Source of the DNA: an uncultured Alistipes sp. | GTDB lineage: Bacteria; Bacteroidota; Bacteroidia; Bacteroidales; Rikenellaceae | DNA: 64,000 nt | Assembly: GCF_910577475.1 (NCBI RefSeq) | Contig: NZ_CAJTLJ010000008.1 | Strand: one strand, 5' to 3' | Shown here: in pieces, positions 21,765-33,225 of the stretch | How positions within the stretch are numbered: the stretch's first letter is position 1 | How the letters are laid out: every line of letters starts with the position of its first letter | The notes under the pieces: generated by a model | Database searches by the model: none | Seen by the model: the letters and a program-made list of their open reading frames with translations, nothing else | What the model was told of the DNA's origin: nothing | Program-made: the position numbers and the translations under genes

Positions 21765-22730
21765 ATGAACGTACTCGATCTGATCAACAGCGCACGGGTT
21801 TCGGGCCGCACCCGATTCGCCTTCGAACTGCTGCCGCCGCTGAAGGGCGACAGCAAACAGAGCGTCTTCCAGGCCATCGAGCCCCTGATGGAGTTCGATC
21901 CGGCCTACATCAACGTCACCTGCCACCGCGAGGGGATCAAGCAGACCCGGCGGCCCGACGGCTCGACGGAGTGGCACGTCGTCCGGCGCCGCCCGGGCAC
22001 GGTGGGCATCTCGGCCGCCATCCGCGATCGCTACAAGGTGGAGGTGGTGCCCCACCTGATCTGCGGCGGCCAGTCGAAATACGACATCGAGGACGCCCTG
22101 ATCGACATGGACTTCCTCGACCTGCACAACGTGCTGGCCCTGCGAGGCGACCGGTCGCAGAACGAACGGGTATTCATGCCCCATCCGCAGGGACACGCCC
22201 ACGCCGAGGGGCTGGTGCGGCAGATCGCGGCGATGAACCGGGGCGAATTCGTCGACGGCGAGGTGGAGGAGTGCCACCACTCCCGCTTCTCGATCGGGGT
22301 GGCCGGCTACCCCGAGACCCATGCCGAGGCGGCGTCGCCCGAGACCGACATCGCCGCCCTGAAGGCGAAGATCGACGCCGGCGCGGAGTACATCGTCACG
22401 CAGCTCTTCTACGACAACGGCCGCTTCTTCGACTTCGTGAAGCGCTGTCGGGAGGCGGGTATCGGGGTGCCCATCATCCCGGGCATCAAACCCCTCTCGA
22501 CGGTCCGGCACCTGCGCATCCTGCCCGAGACGTTCGGGTGCCGCCTGCCAGCGGAGCTGGTCGCGGAGGTGGAGCGCCACGCCGACGATCCGAAAGCCGT
22601 GCGGGAGATCGGCACCGAGTGGGCCATCGCCCAGAGCCGCGAGCTGATGCGGGCCGGCGTACCCGTACTGCACTACTACCCCATGGGCAAGGCGGACAAC
22701 ATCATCCGAATCGCCCGCGAACTCTTCTGA
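21765..22730 (+). CDS. metF: Methylenetetrahydrofolate reductase
   Basis: FELLPPLKG, LALRGD, VAGYPETH, IVTQLFYD. Confidence 0.95.
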   Translation: MNVLDLINSARVSGRTRFAFELLPPLKGDSKQSVFQAIEPLMEFDPAYINVTCHREGIKQTRRPDGSTEWHVVRRRPGTVGISAAIRDRYKVEVVPHLICGGQSKYDIEDALIDMDFLDLHNVLALRGDRSQNERVFMPHPQGHAHAEGLVRQIAAMNRGEFVDGEVEECHHSRFSIGVAGYPETHAEAASPETDIAALKAKIDAGAEYIVTQLFYDNGRFFDFVKRCREAGIGVPIIPGIKPLSTVRHLRILPETFGCRLPAELVAEVERHADDPKAVREIGTEWAIAQSRELMRAGVPVLHYYPMGKADNIIRIARELF

Positions 22731-22750
22731 CAACCAAAGAAAACGCAGAG

Positions 22751-23851
22751 ATGACACCCGTTGAACTCCGCCGCGAACTGCACCGCCGACCCGAACTCTC
22801 GTTCGAGGAGCGCCGCACGGCCGATACCATCGGCCGCGCACTGACCGAAGCCGGCATCGCCTGGCACCCGATAGCCGGCACCGGCATCCTGGCCCGCATC
22901 GAAGGGCGGGGCGACCGGACCCGGGCCGTCGTCCTGCGCGCCGACATCGACGCGCTGCCCGTCGAGGAGCGCACGGGACTGCCGTGGAGCTCCGAAAACC
23001 CGGGCGTGATGCACGCCTGCGGCCACGACCTGCACGCCGCCGTGCTCTACGGCGTGTTGTGCGCCCTGCGCGAGGGGGATTTCGAAGGCACGTTGTTCGG
23101 GCTTTTCCAACCCGGCGAGGAGTGCAACCCGGGCGGGGCCTCGCTCGTGCTGGCCGAGGATCCGTTCCGCGGCTATCGGGTGCAGGCCGTCGTCGGGGAG
23201 CACGTGGAGCCCGATCTTCCCGTGGGCACCTTCGGATTCCGCCCCGGAAAATACATGGCCGCCAACGACGAACTCCGCTTCACGCTCTGCGGACGGGGCG
23301 GACATGCCGCCCTGCGCCGGCAGACGCAGGACACCGTGCGGGCGGCCGCGCGGCTCATCCTGCGGCTCACACGGCTGAACGGCGCCGAACGGATCGTGTC
23401 GGTGGGCCGGGTAGAGGCCGAAGGCGCCACGAACGTCATTCCCGACCGGGTGCGGCTGGAGGGGACGATGCGTTGCTTCGACGAACGGGTCCGCCGCACG
23501 CTGAAGGAGCGGATCGGGCGCCTCTGCGACGAGCTGTCCCGGAGCGAGGAGATAGAGATCGTCCCCGACATCCGCGCCGGCTACCCCTGCGTGGTGAACG
23601 ACCGCAGGCTGACCCTACAGGCCGCGGCGCTGGCCGAACGGCTCGGCTACGGAACCGAAGCGCTCGCCCTGCGTCCCACCTCCGAGGATTTCGGATGGTA
23701 CGCGACCCGCTACCCCGCGCTCTTCTACCGGCTGGGGGTGGGCCCCGGCGCCGGACGCACCCATACCGCCTCATTCTCCCCCCGGGAGGGGGCCATACAC
23801 ACAGGCATCGACTTCATGAAGCGACTGGCCTTAAATTTTCTGAAACAATGA
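22751..23851 (+). CDS. M20 family amidohydrolase
   Basis: RRELHRRPELSFEE, LRADIDALP, MHACGHDLH, FQPGEE, SEDF. Confidence 0.92.
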   Translation: MTPVELRRELHRRPELSFEERRTADTIGRALTEAGIAWHPIAGTGILARIEGRGDRTRAVVLRADIDALPVEERTGLPWSSENPGVMHACGHDLHAAVLYGVLCALREGDFEGTLFGLFQPGEECNPGGASLVLAEDPFRGYRVQAVVGEHVEPDLPVGTFGFRPGKYMAANDELRFTLCGRGGHAALRRQTQDTVRAAARLILRLTRLNGAERIVSVGRVEAEGATNVIPDRVRLEGTMRCFDERVRRTLKERIGRLCDELSRSEEIEIVPDIRAGYPCVVNDRRLTLQAAALAERLGYGTEALALRPTSEDFGWYATRYPALFYRLGVGPGAGRTHTASFSPREGAIHTGIDFMKRLALNFLKQ

Positions 23852-26004
23852 CAAAAAGACAAAAACAACCCCGCCGGACGAACGACCGTCAGGCCGTGAT
23901 CCTGAATCTGCTGCGGGAATTTCCGAATAACAAGTTCTCCCTCAAGCACCTCGCCTCCGCCTCGGGCGGCAACACGCGCGAAGGCCGCCGCGAAACGGCC
24001 GATATCCTGCAACGGCTGCTCGAAGAGGGGGCCGTGGAGGAGTGCGCCCGCTTCAAATACCGCCTGAGCGGACAGATGCGCCCCCGCCTGACGGGCATTG
24101 CGCAGATGACCTCCGGCGGCTCGGTCTACGTGAAGGTCGAGGGACAGGAGCAGGAGATCTTCATCCACCAGCGCAATGCGGCCAATGCCCTGGACGGCGA
24201 CAAGGTGGAGGTGGTCGTGATGCACGTCTCGAAAAACGGCACGCAGGAGGGCGAGATCGTCTCCATCGTCGAGCGTTCGCGCCGCAACTACGTCGGCACG
24301 GCCGTGGCGGACAGCCACTCGATCTTCGTAAGGGTTGACTCGCGCCGCATCGCCGTGGACATCTACCTGCCGAGAAAGCTCTATCCCGACGTACACGACG
24401 GGGACAAGCTGGTCGTGCGGATCGAGGATTGGCCCGAGGGGTCGCGCTCTCCCGTGGGCGAGCTGATCGACAACCTGGGCCCGAGCGGCGAGAACGACAC
24501 GGAGATGCACGCCATTCTGGCCGAATACGACCTGCCCTACCGCTTCGAGAAGGAGGTGGAGGAGGCCGCCGCAGCCATTCCTGGCCGGCTCACCGAGAAG
24601 GACTACGCCGAGCGGCGCGACTTCCGTCCGGTGACGACCTTCACGATCGACCCCGCGGACGCCAAGGATTTCGACGACGCCCTGTCGGTGCGCAAGCTCC
24701 GCGAAGGGGTGTGGGAAATCGGCGTACACATCGCCGACGTGACCCACTACGTCACCCCCCGCTCGGTCGTCGACTGCGAGGCGGAGGAGCGCGGCACATC
24801 GGTCTACCTGGTCGACCGCACCGTACCGATGCTGCCCGAACGGCTCTGCAACGAACTCTGCTCGCTGCGGCCGCACGAGGAGAAGTGCTGCTTCTCGGCC
24901 GTCTTCACGATGAACGAGAACCTCGAGATACTGGAGGAGTGGTTCGGCCGCACGGTCGTCTACTCCGACCACCGCTTCACCTACGAAGAGGCCCAGCAGG
25001 TCATCGAGAGCGGACAGGGACCCTATGCCGAGGAGATGCTGACCCTCCACCGGCTGGCCCAGGGGATGCGCGCGGCACGCTTCAAGCACGGCGCCGTAGC
25101 CTTCGACCGCGAGGAGATGAAGTTCCGGCTGGACGAGAAGGGCAAGCCCGTGGGGGTCTACTTCAAGGTACAGAAAGAGGCCAATCAGCTGGTCGAGGAG
25201 TTCATGCTGCTGGCTAACCGCCGCGTGGCGGAGTACTGCGCCCATCGGATTCAGAACGGTCGCAAGGTTCCCCGCACGATGGTCTTCCGCGTGCACGACG
25301 CCCCCAACGAGGAGAAGCTGGACCGTTTCCGCACCTTCATCCTCCGCTTCGGCCGCATTTTCCGCGCCTCGAAGGGCCGCGCCGTCGCGAAGGAGATCAA
25401 CAAACTGCTCAAGGCCGTGAAGGGCACGCCCGAGGAGAATGCCGTCTCGACGATGGCCGTACGGTCCATGTCCAAGGCCTACTACACCACGGACAACATC
25501 GGCCACTACGGGTTGGCATTCCCCTGCTACACCCACTTCACCTCGCCCATCCGCCGCTACCCCGACATGATGGTGCACCGGCTGCTGGCCCGCTACCTCG
25601 ACGGCGGCAAGTCGGCCGACCGGAAGGCCTACGAAGCCCTCTGCGAGCACGCCTCGGAACGCGAGATCGTGGCCGCAGAAGCCGAACGCGCCTCGATCAA
25701 ATACAAGGCCGTGGAGTTCATGAGCGACAAGATCGGTCAGGAGTTCCCGGGCCACATCTCGGGGCTGACCGAGTGGGGCATCTACGTGGAGCTCGAAGAG
25801 ACCCATATCGAAGGCATGATCTTTCTGCGCGACATGTCGGGCGACTTCTACCAGTTCGACGAGGGACGCTACGAGATCTGCGGCCATCGCACGGGACGTC
25901 GCTTCACGCTGGGCGACCCGCTCGTCATCCGGGTGAAACACACCGATCTGCGCAAGCGCACGCTCGACTTCGAGTTGGTCGACAAACGGGAAAAACGCCG
26001 ATGA
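23848..26004 (+). CDS. rnr: Ribonuclease R
   Basis: TIDPADAKDFDDA, HIADV, EEFMLLAN, HFTSPIRRYPD and a C-terminal S1 domain. Confidence 0.96.
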   Translation: MTKRQKQPRRTNDRQAVILNLLREFPNNKFSLKHLASASGGNTREGRRETADILQRLLEEGAVEECARFKYRLSGQMRPRLTGIAQMTSGGSVYVKVEGQEQEIFIHQRNAANALDGDKVEVVVMHVSKNGTQEGEIVSIVERSRRNYVGTAVADSHSIFVRVDSRRIAVDIYLPRKLYPDVHDGDKLVVRIEDWPEGSRSPVGELIDNLGPSGENDTEMHAILAEYDLPYRFEKEVEEAAAAIPGRLTEKDYAERRDFRPVTTFTIDPADAKDFDDALSVRKLREGVWEIGVHIADVTHYVTPRSVVDCEAEERGTSVYLVDRTVPMLPERLCNELCSLRPHEEKCCFSAVFTMNENLEILEEWFGRTVVYSDHRFTYEEAQQVIESGQGPYAEEMLTLHRLAQGMRAARFKHGAVAFDREEMKFRLDEKGKPVGVYFKVQKEANQLVEEFMLLANRRVAEYCAHRIQNGRKVPRTMVFRVHDAPNEEKLDRFRTFILRFGRIFRASKGRAVAKEINKLLKAVKGTPEENAVSTMAVRSMSKAYYTTDNIGHYGLAFPCYTHFTSPIRRYPDMMVHRLLARYLDGGKSADRKAYEALCEHASEREIVAAEAERASIKYKAVEFMSDKIGQEFPGHISGLTEWGIYVELEETHIEGMIFLRDMSGDFYQFDEGRYEICGHRTGRRFTLGDPLVIRVKHTDLRKRTLDFELVDKREKRR

Positions 26005-27092
26005 AGCTCCGCGAACTCTATCGCAAGGCGCTCGACCGCACCCCCCTGACGGCCGACGAGGCGTGGCGGCTCTACGACGAAGCGCCGCTCTTCGAGCTGG
26101 CTGCCACGGCCGACCGGCTGCGGCGCGAAACGGTTCCCGACCCACAGGTCGTCACCTGGCAGATCGACCGCAACGTCAACGTCACGAACGTCTGCATTTC
26201 GGGCTGCCGCTTCTGCAACTTCCACTGCAAGCCTCACCAGACGGAGAAGCACTTCATCACTCCCCGCGAGGAGTACTACCGCAAGATCGAGGAGACTTTC
26301 CGGCTGGGCGGCGACCAGCTGCTGTTGCAGGGCGGGCTGCACCCCGATCTGAAGATCGACTTCTACGAAGCCCTGTTCCGCGACCTGAAGAGCCGCTATC
26401 CGGCGCTGCGGCTCAATGCGCTGGGGGCTCCCGAGGTGAGCCATATCGCCCGCATCAGCTCGCTGACTACGCTGGAGACGCTCCGACGGCTGCGCGCCGC
26501 CGGGCTGGACACCCTGCCCGGAGCCGGTGCGGAGATTCTGGCGCCGGAGGTGCGCAAACGGCTCTCGCCCGCCAAGCCCTCGGTCGGGGAGTGGCTCCGG
26601 GTGATGCACGAAGCCCATCTGCTGGACATTCCCTCGACGGCCACGATGATGTACGGCCATATCGAGACGCCCCGCCAGCGTGTGGAGCACCTGCTGACGC
26701 TGCGCGACCTGCAGGCCCGACGACCCGCCGGCCATCGGGGATTCACCGCCTTCATTCCGTGGATTTTCCGCTCGACGGGCACCGAGCTCGAGCGGCAGGG
26801 GGTCGAGACCCGATTCTCCGCTTCGGAGTACCTGCGCCTGATCGCCCTGAGCCGGATCGTCCTGCACAACATCCCCAACATCCAGGCCTCCTGGCTCACC
26901 GTGGGCAAACAGACGGCGCAGGTCGCCCTGCACGGCGGAGCGAACGACATGGGGTCGATCATGATCGAGGAGCACGTCGTCTCGTCGGCCGGCGCCTCTA
27001 ACCGCTTCGACGCGGAGGGCATCCGGACCGCCATCCGCGAGGCGGGCTTCACCCCCCGCCTGCGCGACCAGCTCTACCGCTACCGGGACTGA
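26001..27092 (+). CDS. mqnC: CofH/MqnC-family radical SAM enzyme, probably dehypoxanthine futalosine cyclase
   Basis: DRNVNVTNVCISGCRFC, LLQGGLHP, PGAGAEIL, NIQASW, GANDMGSIMIEE. Confidence 0.82.
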   Translation: MKLRELYRKALDRTPLTADEAWRLYDEAPLFELAATADRLRRETVPDPQVVTWQIDRNVNVTNVCISGCRFCNFHCKPHQTEKHFITPREEYYRKIEETFRLGGDQLLLQGGLHPDLKIDFYEALFRDLKSRYPALRLNALGAPEVSHIARISSLTTLETLRRLRAAGLDTLPGAGAEILAPEVRKRLSPAKPSVGEWLRVMHEAHLLDIPSTATMMYGHIETPRQRVEHLLTLRDLQARRPAGHRGFTAFIPWIFRSTGTELERQGVETRFSASEYLRLIALSRIVLHNIPNIQASWLTVGKQTAQVALHGGANDMGSIMIEEHVVSSAGASNRFDAEGIRTAIREAGFTPRLRDQLYRYRD

Positions 27093-27145
27093 ATCGTCGG
27101 GTCGCGAGACCCGAAGCCGAAAATCCGATCGTTCCTTACCCATCG

Positions 27146-27180
27146 AAAAAAGGCCGTCTGCTTATGCAGACGGCCTTTTT
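27146..27180. terminator. Bidirectional intrinsic terminator
   Basis: AAAAAAGGCCGTCTGC-TTAT-GCAGACGGCCTTTTT between convergent operons. Confidence 0.9.
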
Positions 27181-27200
27181 CATCCCCGTGCGGGGGCGTA

Positions 27201-27674
<474 letters not shown>

Positions 27675-27677
27675 TTA

Positions 27678-29522
27678 TTATTTGTTTGTTTGATTCATCT
27701 TGCGAAGCGGTTCGAACGAGCGCGAGGCCATTTCGAAACCGGCATTCTTATAAAACTCCACGAAGGTCAGACGCATGGGGTGTACGAACGACGAGATGGT
27801 GGACATGAAGAGGTTGATGCCGTGGCCGATCAGCAGGATGGGCAGCATGATGAGGATGCGCGTCACCAGTCCCGCCCCCTCGGGCACGAAGCCGTCGGCC
27901 AGCGAGTTGAAGACCAGTGCCAGCACACCGCCCGACAGGCCGATGGCGAACAGACGGATGTAGGAGAGCACGTCGCTCAACAGACCCGTGATGTTGTTGT
28001 AGAGGTTCCACAATCCCGAGCCTACGTTGACCAGCGGATTGAGGAACTTGCCCGGCGTGTTGAGCAGCAACATCATCGCCATGCCCAGACCGATTACGGC
28101 GTAGAAGGCGGGCGACGAGGCGGTGAAGCCCGGGATCACCCAATCCGGATTCAGCATCGGCAGACCGGCGGCGATGGAGCCCGCCAGCAGCACGATCAGC
28201 CAGCCCAGCGCGCCGAAGGCGTACTTGAAGCCGAAGGCGCGGGTGATGCCCCACACGTTGATAGCCATACCGAAGAGGATCTGCACCATACCGATCGCCA
28301 GCGCGATGGAGAAGAACTTGCCCTGGAAATCGAAGAAGGGAACCGAGGGGAAGTACTCGGCGAGGTTCATTCCGAAGAACGAGCCGCAGAATCCGCCGAA
28401 GAGGATCGTGGCCGAGGCACACAGCGTGGCGAACCAGGCGGCCCGGCGCATCATGCCCGGCTCGCGGTTTTTCCACAGCAGGTAGAGACCCATCGCCAGA
28501 AGCACCAGGCCGTAACCGGCATCGTTGAGACAGATGCCGAAGAAGAGCATGTAGAAGGGCGCGAAGAAGGGGGTGAGATCGATGGTGCCGTACTTCGGAC
28601 GGGCATACATGTCTCCCACCATCTCGAACACGCGGGCGAACCAGCCGTTCTTCAGCTTCACGGGAGTATCGTCCTCGGGCGTAGGGTCGCTCTTGAGGTA
28701 GATCACGTTGGGATATTCCTCCAGCAGGGCATCGACCCGGGCCGATGTCTCGGTCTCGGCCCAGCCCTCGAGGATCAGCAGCGAGCCGTCGGCCGCAGCG
28801 GTAGCGGTCGAGGTCACCTGCATCTCCTGCAGGCGCTCCTTCAGCTCGCCCTGACGCTGCACCAGCAGATCGGCGGATGCGGCGGCGCGGGCGAATTCGG
28901 CGTCGAGCGCCGCCAGCTCGCCTTCGCAAGCCTCGATCCGACGCTCGGCCTCGCGGATATCCATCGTGGGAAACTTCATCTCCTGGGCGTCGACCGAAAG
29001 GTCCCTGCCGCCCGTCATGACGAAGTAGGTATAACCGTTCAACTCCCTAATGGGGGTCAGCACGGCCTCTTCGAGCCCCTCGGCGGCGAGCGCTTCGAAA
29101 TCGCTCGTCGGAGCGGAGAAGAAGCGCAGCACCACGCCGCTCTCGGCCAGCGCCCGCATCTGATCGACCGGAAACGGCCCCCAGGGGCGCAGTTCGTCGG
29201 CCGTCTTCTCCAGACGACCCAGCTCCGCACGCAGTGCGGCAGCCTGCTGTTGAGCGGCCGAATAGGCGGTGTAAGCCTCCTCTCCCGAGGCGTAGGGCTC
29301 GCCCTTGCGGGCGGCATGTTCGGGCTGCTCGCTCCACGTCTTCAGGAAATCGACGGCCTTGCCGTAACCCTCGACGTCGAGCAGCACCTGCCGCTCCTCC
29401 TCCGAAGGCTCCCAGCCCGTCGTAGTCACGTCGACCAGTCCCAGACCGCGCAAGCGTTCGATGAAGTCCGCACTCTGTGCCGCATAGAGCACAAAGTCGT
29501 ATTTCGACATTCTGGCTATCAT
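27678..29522 (-). CDS. V-type ATP synthase subunit I
   Basis: PVKLKN, FFGICLNDAGYG, DVLSYIRLFA, HPMRLTFVEF. The start may be 29510. Confidence 0.95.
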   Translation of the reverse strand: MIARMSKYDFVLYAAQSADFIERLRGLGLVDVTTTGWEPSEEERQVLLDVEGYGKAVDFLKTWSEQPEHAARKGEPYASGEEAYTAYSAAQQQAAALRAELGRLEKTADELRPWGPFPVDQMRALAESGVVLRFFSAPTSDFEALAAEGLEEAVLTPIRELNGYTYFVMTGGRDLSVDAQEMKFPTMDIREAERRIEACEGELAALDAEFARAAASADLLVQRQGELKERLQEMQVTSTATAAADGSLLILEGWAETETSARVDALLEEYPNVIYLKSDPTPEDDTPVKLKNGWFARVFEMVGDMYARPKYGTIDLTPFFAPFYMLFFGICLNDAGYGLVLLAMGLYLLWKNREPGMMRRAAWFATLCASATILFGGFCGSFFGMNLAEYFPSVPFFDFQGKFFSIALAIGMVQILFGMAINVWGITRAFGFKYAFGALGWLIVLLAGSIAAGLPMLNPDWVIPGFTASSPAFYAVIGLGMAMMLLLNTPGKFLNPLVNVGSGLWNLYNNITGLLSDVLSYIRLFAIGLSGGVLALVFNSLADGFVPEGAGLVTRILIMLPILLIGHGINLFMSTISSFVHPMRLTFVEFYKNAGFEMASRSFEPLRKMNQTNK

Positions 29523-30127
29523 AACATGGCGCCCTCCCCGGCTTGCTGTTGTTTGGTTTTCACGATCTTCTGGGCCGACTTGGAGAGGTTCTCCTCGTCC
29601 TCCATGAAGCGTTTGATCTTACGTATGGCATCCTCGTACCCGGGTATCTGCACCTTTTCGTAGAGGTTCACCTTCTGAGTGGTTTTGCGTCGCGCATAGT
29701 CCAACAACTCCATTTTTCGGTTGTAGACCTCGAACTCGATGCCCAGCTGGGCCAGGCGCTTGAGGATCTCGATCCCCTCGGCGTACCAGACGGGCGAGGA
29801 GAAGAGGTCGTAAGCGCGCTCTTCGAATTCGACATCCCGAAGGACAGGCGTGCGCACGCCTGCGATTTTCTGCACGTCCAGCCGGACGTCCTTCACTCGC
29901 AGCAGATCACAATCAAACTCTCCCCACAGCGCCGTCATATAGTCGTAGGAGCTCTTCAGACGCTCCAGCTGCCCGCGGTAGTCTGCGGCGGAGTCCTTCG
30001 CCCGCTTTACCTCGGAGCGCAGGGCCGACTCCTTACTCTTGATGGTAGGGAGCGCCTTCTGCCGCATCTTGAGCTGCTTGCCGAGTTCGCCGAGCGAGGT
30101 CTTGTTATATTGAAATTTGATTGCCAT
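29519..30127 (-). CDS. V-type ATP synthase subunit D
   Basis: RKTTQKVNLYEKVQIP and operon context. Confidence 0.95.
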   Translation of the reverse strand: MAIKFQYNKTSLGELGKQLKMRQKALPTIKSKESALRSEVKRAKDSAADYRGQLERLKSSYDYMTALWGEFDCDLLRVKDVRLDVQKIAGVRTPVLRDVEFEERAYDLFSSPVWYAEGIEILKRLAQLGIEFEVYNRKMELLDYARRKTTQKVNLYEKVQIPGYEDAIRKIKRFMEDEENLSKSAQKIVKTKQQQAGEGAML

Positions 30128-30136
30128 AAATTCGCC

Positions 30137-31456
30137 TTATGCTTTCCAGTATTTAGCGATCAGTTCGGCCTTGATGGCTACCTCCTCCTTCGAGAAGTAG
30201 TCGGCGAAGAGCTTCCAGGCCGTGTCGAGCATCTCGTCGATCTCGATGTTCACGTCGATCGAAAGCAGCTTCTCCGAGTAGTCGTGGGCGAACTTGAGCG
30301 AACGCTCGTCGTAGTCCGACAGGTCGAAACCGTTCTCCAGCTTGGTCTTGGCGTTGGCGGCATCGGCGAACAGACGCACGCAGGCGTTCATCACCTGGGG
30401 GTGATCCTCGCGGGTCTTCTTGCCGATCACCAGCTGCTTCAGACGCGAAAGCGAGCGGAACGGGTCGACGATCACCTTACCCGTGTCGCTGTCGTTGCGC
30501 AGGAACAGCTGACCCTCGGTGATGTAACCCGTGTTGTCGGGGATGGCATGGGTGATGTCGCCGCCCGAAAGAGTCGTCACGGCGATGATGGTGATCGATC
30601 CGCCATTGGGCAGCTGCACGGCCTTCTCGTAGATCTTCGCCAGGTCCGAGTAGAGCGAACCGGGCATCGAGTCCTTCGAGGGGATCTGGTCCATACGGTT
30701 CGACACGATAGCCAGAGCGTCGGCGTAGAGGGTCATGTCGGTCAGCAGCACCAGCACCTTCTCGCCCTTGTCCACGGCGAAGTATTCGGCGGCCGTCAGC
30801 GCCATGTCGGGCACCAGCAGACGCTCCACGGGGGGATTCTCGGTCGTATTGACGAACGAGACGATACGGTCCAGCGCACCGGCGTTCTCGAACACCGACT
30901 TGAAGTAGAGGAAGTCGTCGTTCGTAAGACCCATACCGCCCAGAATGATCTTGTCGGCCTTGGCGCGCAGGGCCACGTTCGCCATCACGGCGTTATAGGG
31001 CTGGTCGGGATCGGCGAAGAACGGAATCTTCTGGCCCGACACGATGGTATTGTTCAGGTCGATGCCGGCGATACCGGTAGCGATGAGCTCCGAAGGCTGG
31101 ATGCGGCGGAACGGGTTCACCGTGGGGCCGCCGATCTCGCGGGCCTCGCCCTCGATCGCCTCGCCGCCCTCCAGCGGTTCGCCGTAGGCGTTGAAGAAGC
31201 GTCCGGCCAGGTTGTCCGAGACCTTGAGCTTGGGGGGCTCGCCGTGGAAGATCACCTCCGAGTCGGTAGCCAGGCCCTCCGTACCGGCGAATACCTGCAG
31301 GGTGACGTTCTCGCCCATGATTTTCACCACCTGGGCCAGTTTGCCGCCTACGGTAGCCAGTTCGTCATTACCCACGCCGGTCGCCTTCAGCGTTACCGTG
31401 GCCTTGGTAATGTTATCGATTTTCGTATAGATTTTCTGAAATGCACGTGTTGTCAT
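30137..31456 (-). CDS. V-type ATP synthase subunit B
   Basis: TGIAGID, LTDMTLYADAL, PGSLYSDLAKIYE, PDNTGYITEGQ. Confidence 0.96.
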   Translation of the reverse strand: MTTRAFQKIYTKIDNITKATVTLKATGVGNDELATVGGKLAQVVKIMGENVTLQVFAGTEGLATDSEVIFHGEPPKLKVSDNLAGRFFNAYGEPLEGGEAIEGEAREIGGPTVNPFRRIQPSELIATGIAGIDLNNTIVSGQKIPFFADPDQPYNAVMANVALRAKADKIILGGMGLTNDDFLYFKSVFENAGALDRIVSFVNTTENPPVERLLVPDMALTAAEYFAVDKGEKVLVLLTDMTLYADALAIVSNRMDQIPSKDSMPGSLYSDLAKIYEKAVQLPNGGSITIIAVTTLSGGDITHAIPDNTGYITEGQLFLRNDSDTGKVIVDPFRSLSRLKQLVIGKKTREDHPQVMNACVRLFADAANAKTKLENGFDLSDYDERSLKFAHDYSEKLLSIDVNIEIDEMLDTAWKLFADYFSKEEVAIKAELIAKYWKA

Positions 31457-31464
31457 ATCCCTGC

Positions 31465-33219
31465 TTATTTAACGCGGTTAGTAACATACTCCCCGATCTG
31501 ACGGCGGTAGTCCTCGAACTTCTCGGACTTCCACTCCGAGTAGTTCATCTGACGGAAGAGGTTGATCAGACCCTTGAAGAACTGCGAGCAGGCCTCGAAG
31601 TCGGCGAAACCGAAGTTGCGGCCGCAGATGTCGAGCACCATTTCATACATCATCTTCTGACGCTCCACGGGGCAGTTGGCGTCGATATCGTCGAAGGCGT
31701 CCTGCTGCAGGATCACAAAGTCGATGAGCTCCGATTTCCAGAAGCGCTCGTGATACTCCACCGGCACGCCGTCGTCGCCCAGAATGTTGATCTGGTCGTT
31801 GGCCTCCTTGCCGCGCTGCACGATGGTCTTGCCGGCATATACCTTCTCGACCCAACCCTTCTCGATATGCTCGTCCAGGTACTCGCTCACCTCGGGATAC
31901 TCCAGGTATTTCGAGTAGGACTCCAGCGGGTCGATGGCCGGGTAGCGCTTCGAGTCGGCACGGCCCTGCGAGAGGGCGTAGAAGCAGCGGGCGGCCTTCT
32001 TGGTCGACTCCGTTACGGGCTCCTTGAGGTTACCGCCGGCGGGCGATACCGTACCGAGGAAGGTGACCGAACCCGTCCCGCCGTTAGTCAGCTTCACCAG
32101 GCCGGCGCGGGCGTAGAAGTTCGAGATGATGGCCGAGAGGTCCATCGGGAAGGCGTCCTGACCGGGCAGCTCCTCCAGGCGGTTCGACATCTCGCGCAGA
32201 GCCTGGGCCCAGCGCGACGTCGAGTCGGCCATGACGAGCACCTTCAGACCCATCGCGCGGTAGTACTCACCGATAGTCATACCGGTGTAGACCGAAGCCT
32301 CGCGCGCGGCCACGGGCATGTTCGAGGTGTTGCAGATGATGATGGTACGTTCCATGAGTTTGTGGCCCGTGCGGGGATCCACCAGCTCGGGGAACTCCTT
32401 GAAGATCTCCACCACCTCGTTGGCGCGCTCGCCGCAGGCCACGATGATGATGACATCGGCCTCGGCCTGCTTCGAAATGGCGTGCTGAAGCACCGTCTTG
32501 CCGGCACCGAACGGACCGGGAATGAAGCCCGTACCGCCCTCGGCCAGCGGGTTGAAGGTGTCGATGGCGCGCACGCCGGTCTCCATCACGCGCGAGGGGC
32601 GCGGCTTCTCGGTATAGCAGCGGATGGCCTGCTTCACGGGCCACTTCTGCACCATCGTAATAGGATGGTCCTCGCCGGCGGCATCGGTCACGACGGCCAC
32701 CGTGTCGGTCACCTTGTACTCGCCCTCCGGCACGACGCTCTTGACCGTATAGTTATCGGTCATCGTGAAGGGAACCATGATCTTGTGGGCTACCCACTGC
32801 TCCTTCACCTCGCCCAGCCACGATGCGGCCGACACCTTGTCGCCCGCCTTCGCGAGCGGCTTGAAGGCCCACTTGCGCTCGAAGTCGATGGGCTCGGTGA
32901 TCGAACCGCGCGCGATGAACAGACCGTCCATCTTCTCCAGGTCGTTCTGCAGACCGTCGTAGTTGCGCGAAAGCAGACCGGGGGCCAGCGTGGCCTCCAG
33001 CATGTGGTTTTCGAACTCCACCTTGTCGCCGATCTTCAGTCCGCGGGTGCTGTCGAAAACCTGGACGTAGGCGTTGTCGCCCACGACCTTGATGACCTCG
33101 GCCATCATTCGGGTCTCACCGCAATACACGAAGCAGATCTCGTTCTGTGCGACCGCTCCGTCGACCTTTACGATCACGATATTGGAGATGATACCGTTTA
33201 CTCGTCCTAAAGTTTTCAT
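31465..33219 (-). CDS. V-type ATP synthase subunit A
   Basis: P-loop GPFGAGKT, CGERANE, NTSNMPVAAREAS, ADSTSRWA. Confidence 0.97.
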   Translation of the reverse strand: MKTLGRVNGIISNIVIVKVDGAVAQNEICFVYCGETRMMAEVIKVVGDNAYVQVFDSTRGLKIGDKVEFENHMLEATLAPGLLSRNYDGLQNDLEKMDGLFIARGSITEPIDFERKWAFKPLAKAGDKVSAASWLGEVKEQWVAHKIMVPFTMTDNYTVKSVVPEGEYKVTDTVAVVTDAAGEDHPITMVQKWPVKQAIRCYTEKPRPSRVMETGVRAIDTFNPLAEGGTGFIPGPFGAGKTVLQHAISKQAEADVIIIVACGERANEVVEIFKEFPELVDPRTGHKLMERTIIICNTSNMPVAAREASVYTGMTIGEYYRAMGLKVLVMADSTSRWAQALREMSNRLEELPGQDAFPMDLSAIISNFYARAGLVKLTNGGTGSVTFLGTVSPAGGNLKEPVTESTKKAARCFYALSQGRADSKRYPAIDPLESYSKYLEYPEVSEYLDEHIEKGWVEKVYAGKTIVQRGKEANDQINILGDDGVPVEYHERFWKSELIDFVILQQDAFDDIDANCPVERQKMMYEMVLDICGRNFGFADFEACSQFFKGLINLFRQMNYSEWKSEKFEDYRRQIGEYVTNRVK

Positions 33220-33225
33220 ATCGTA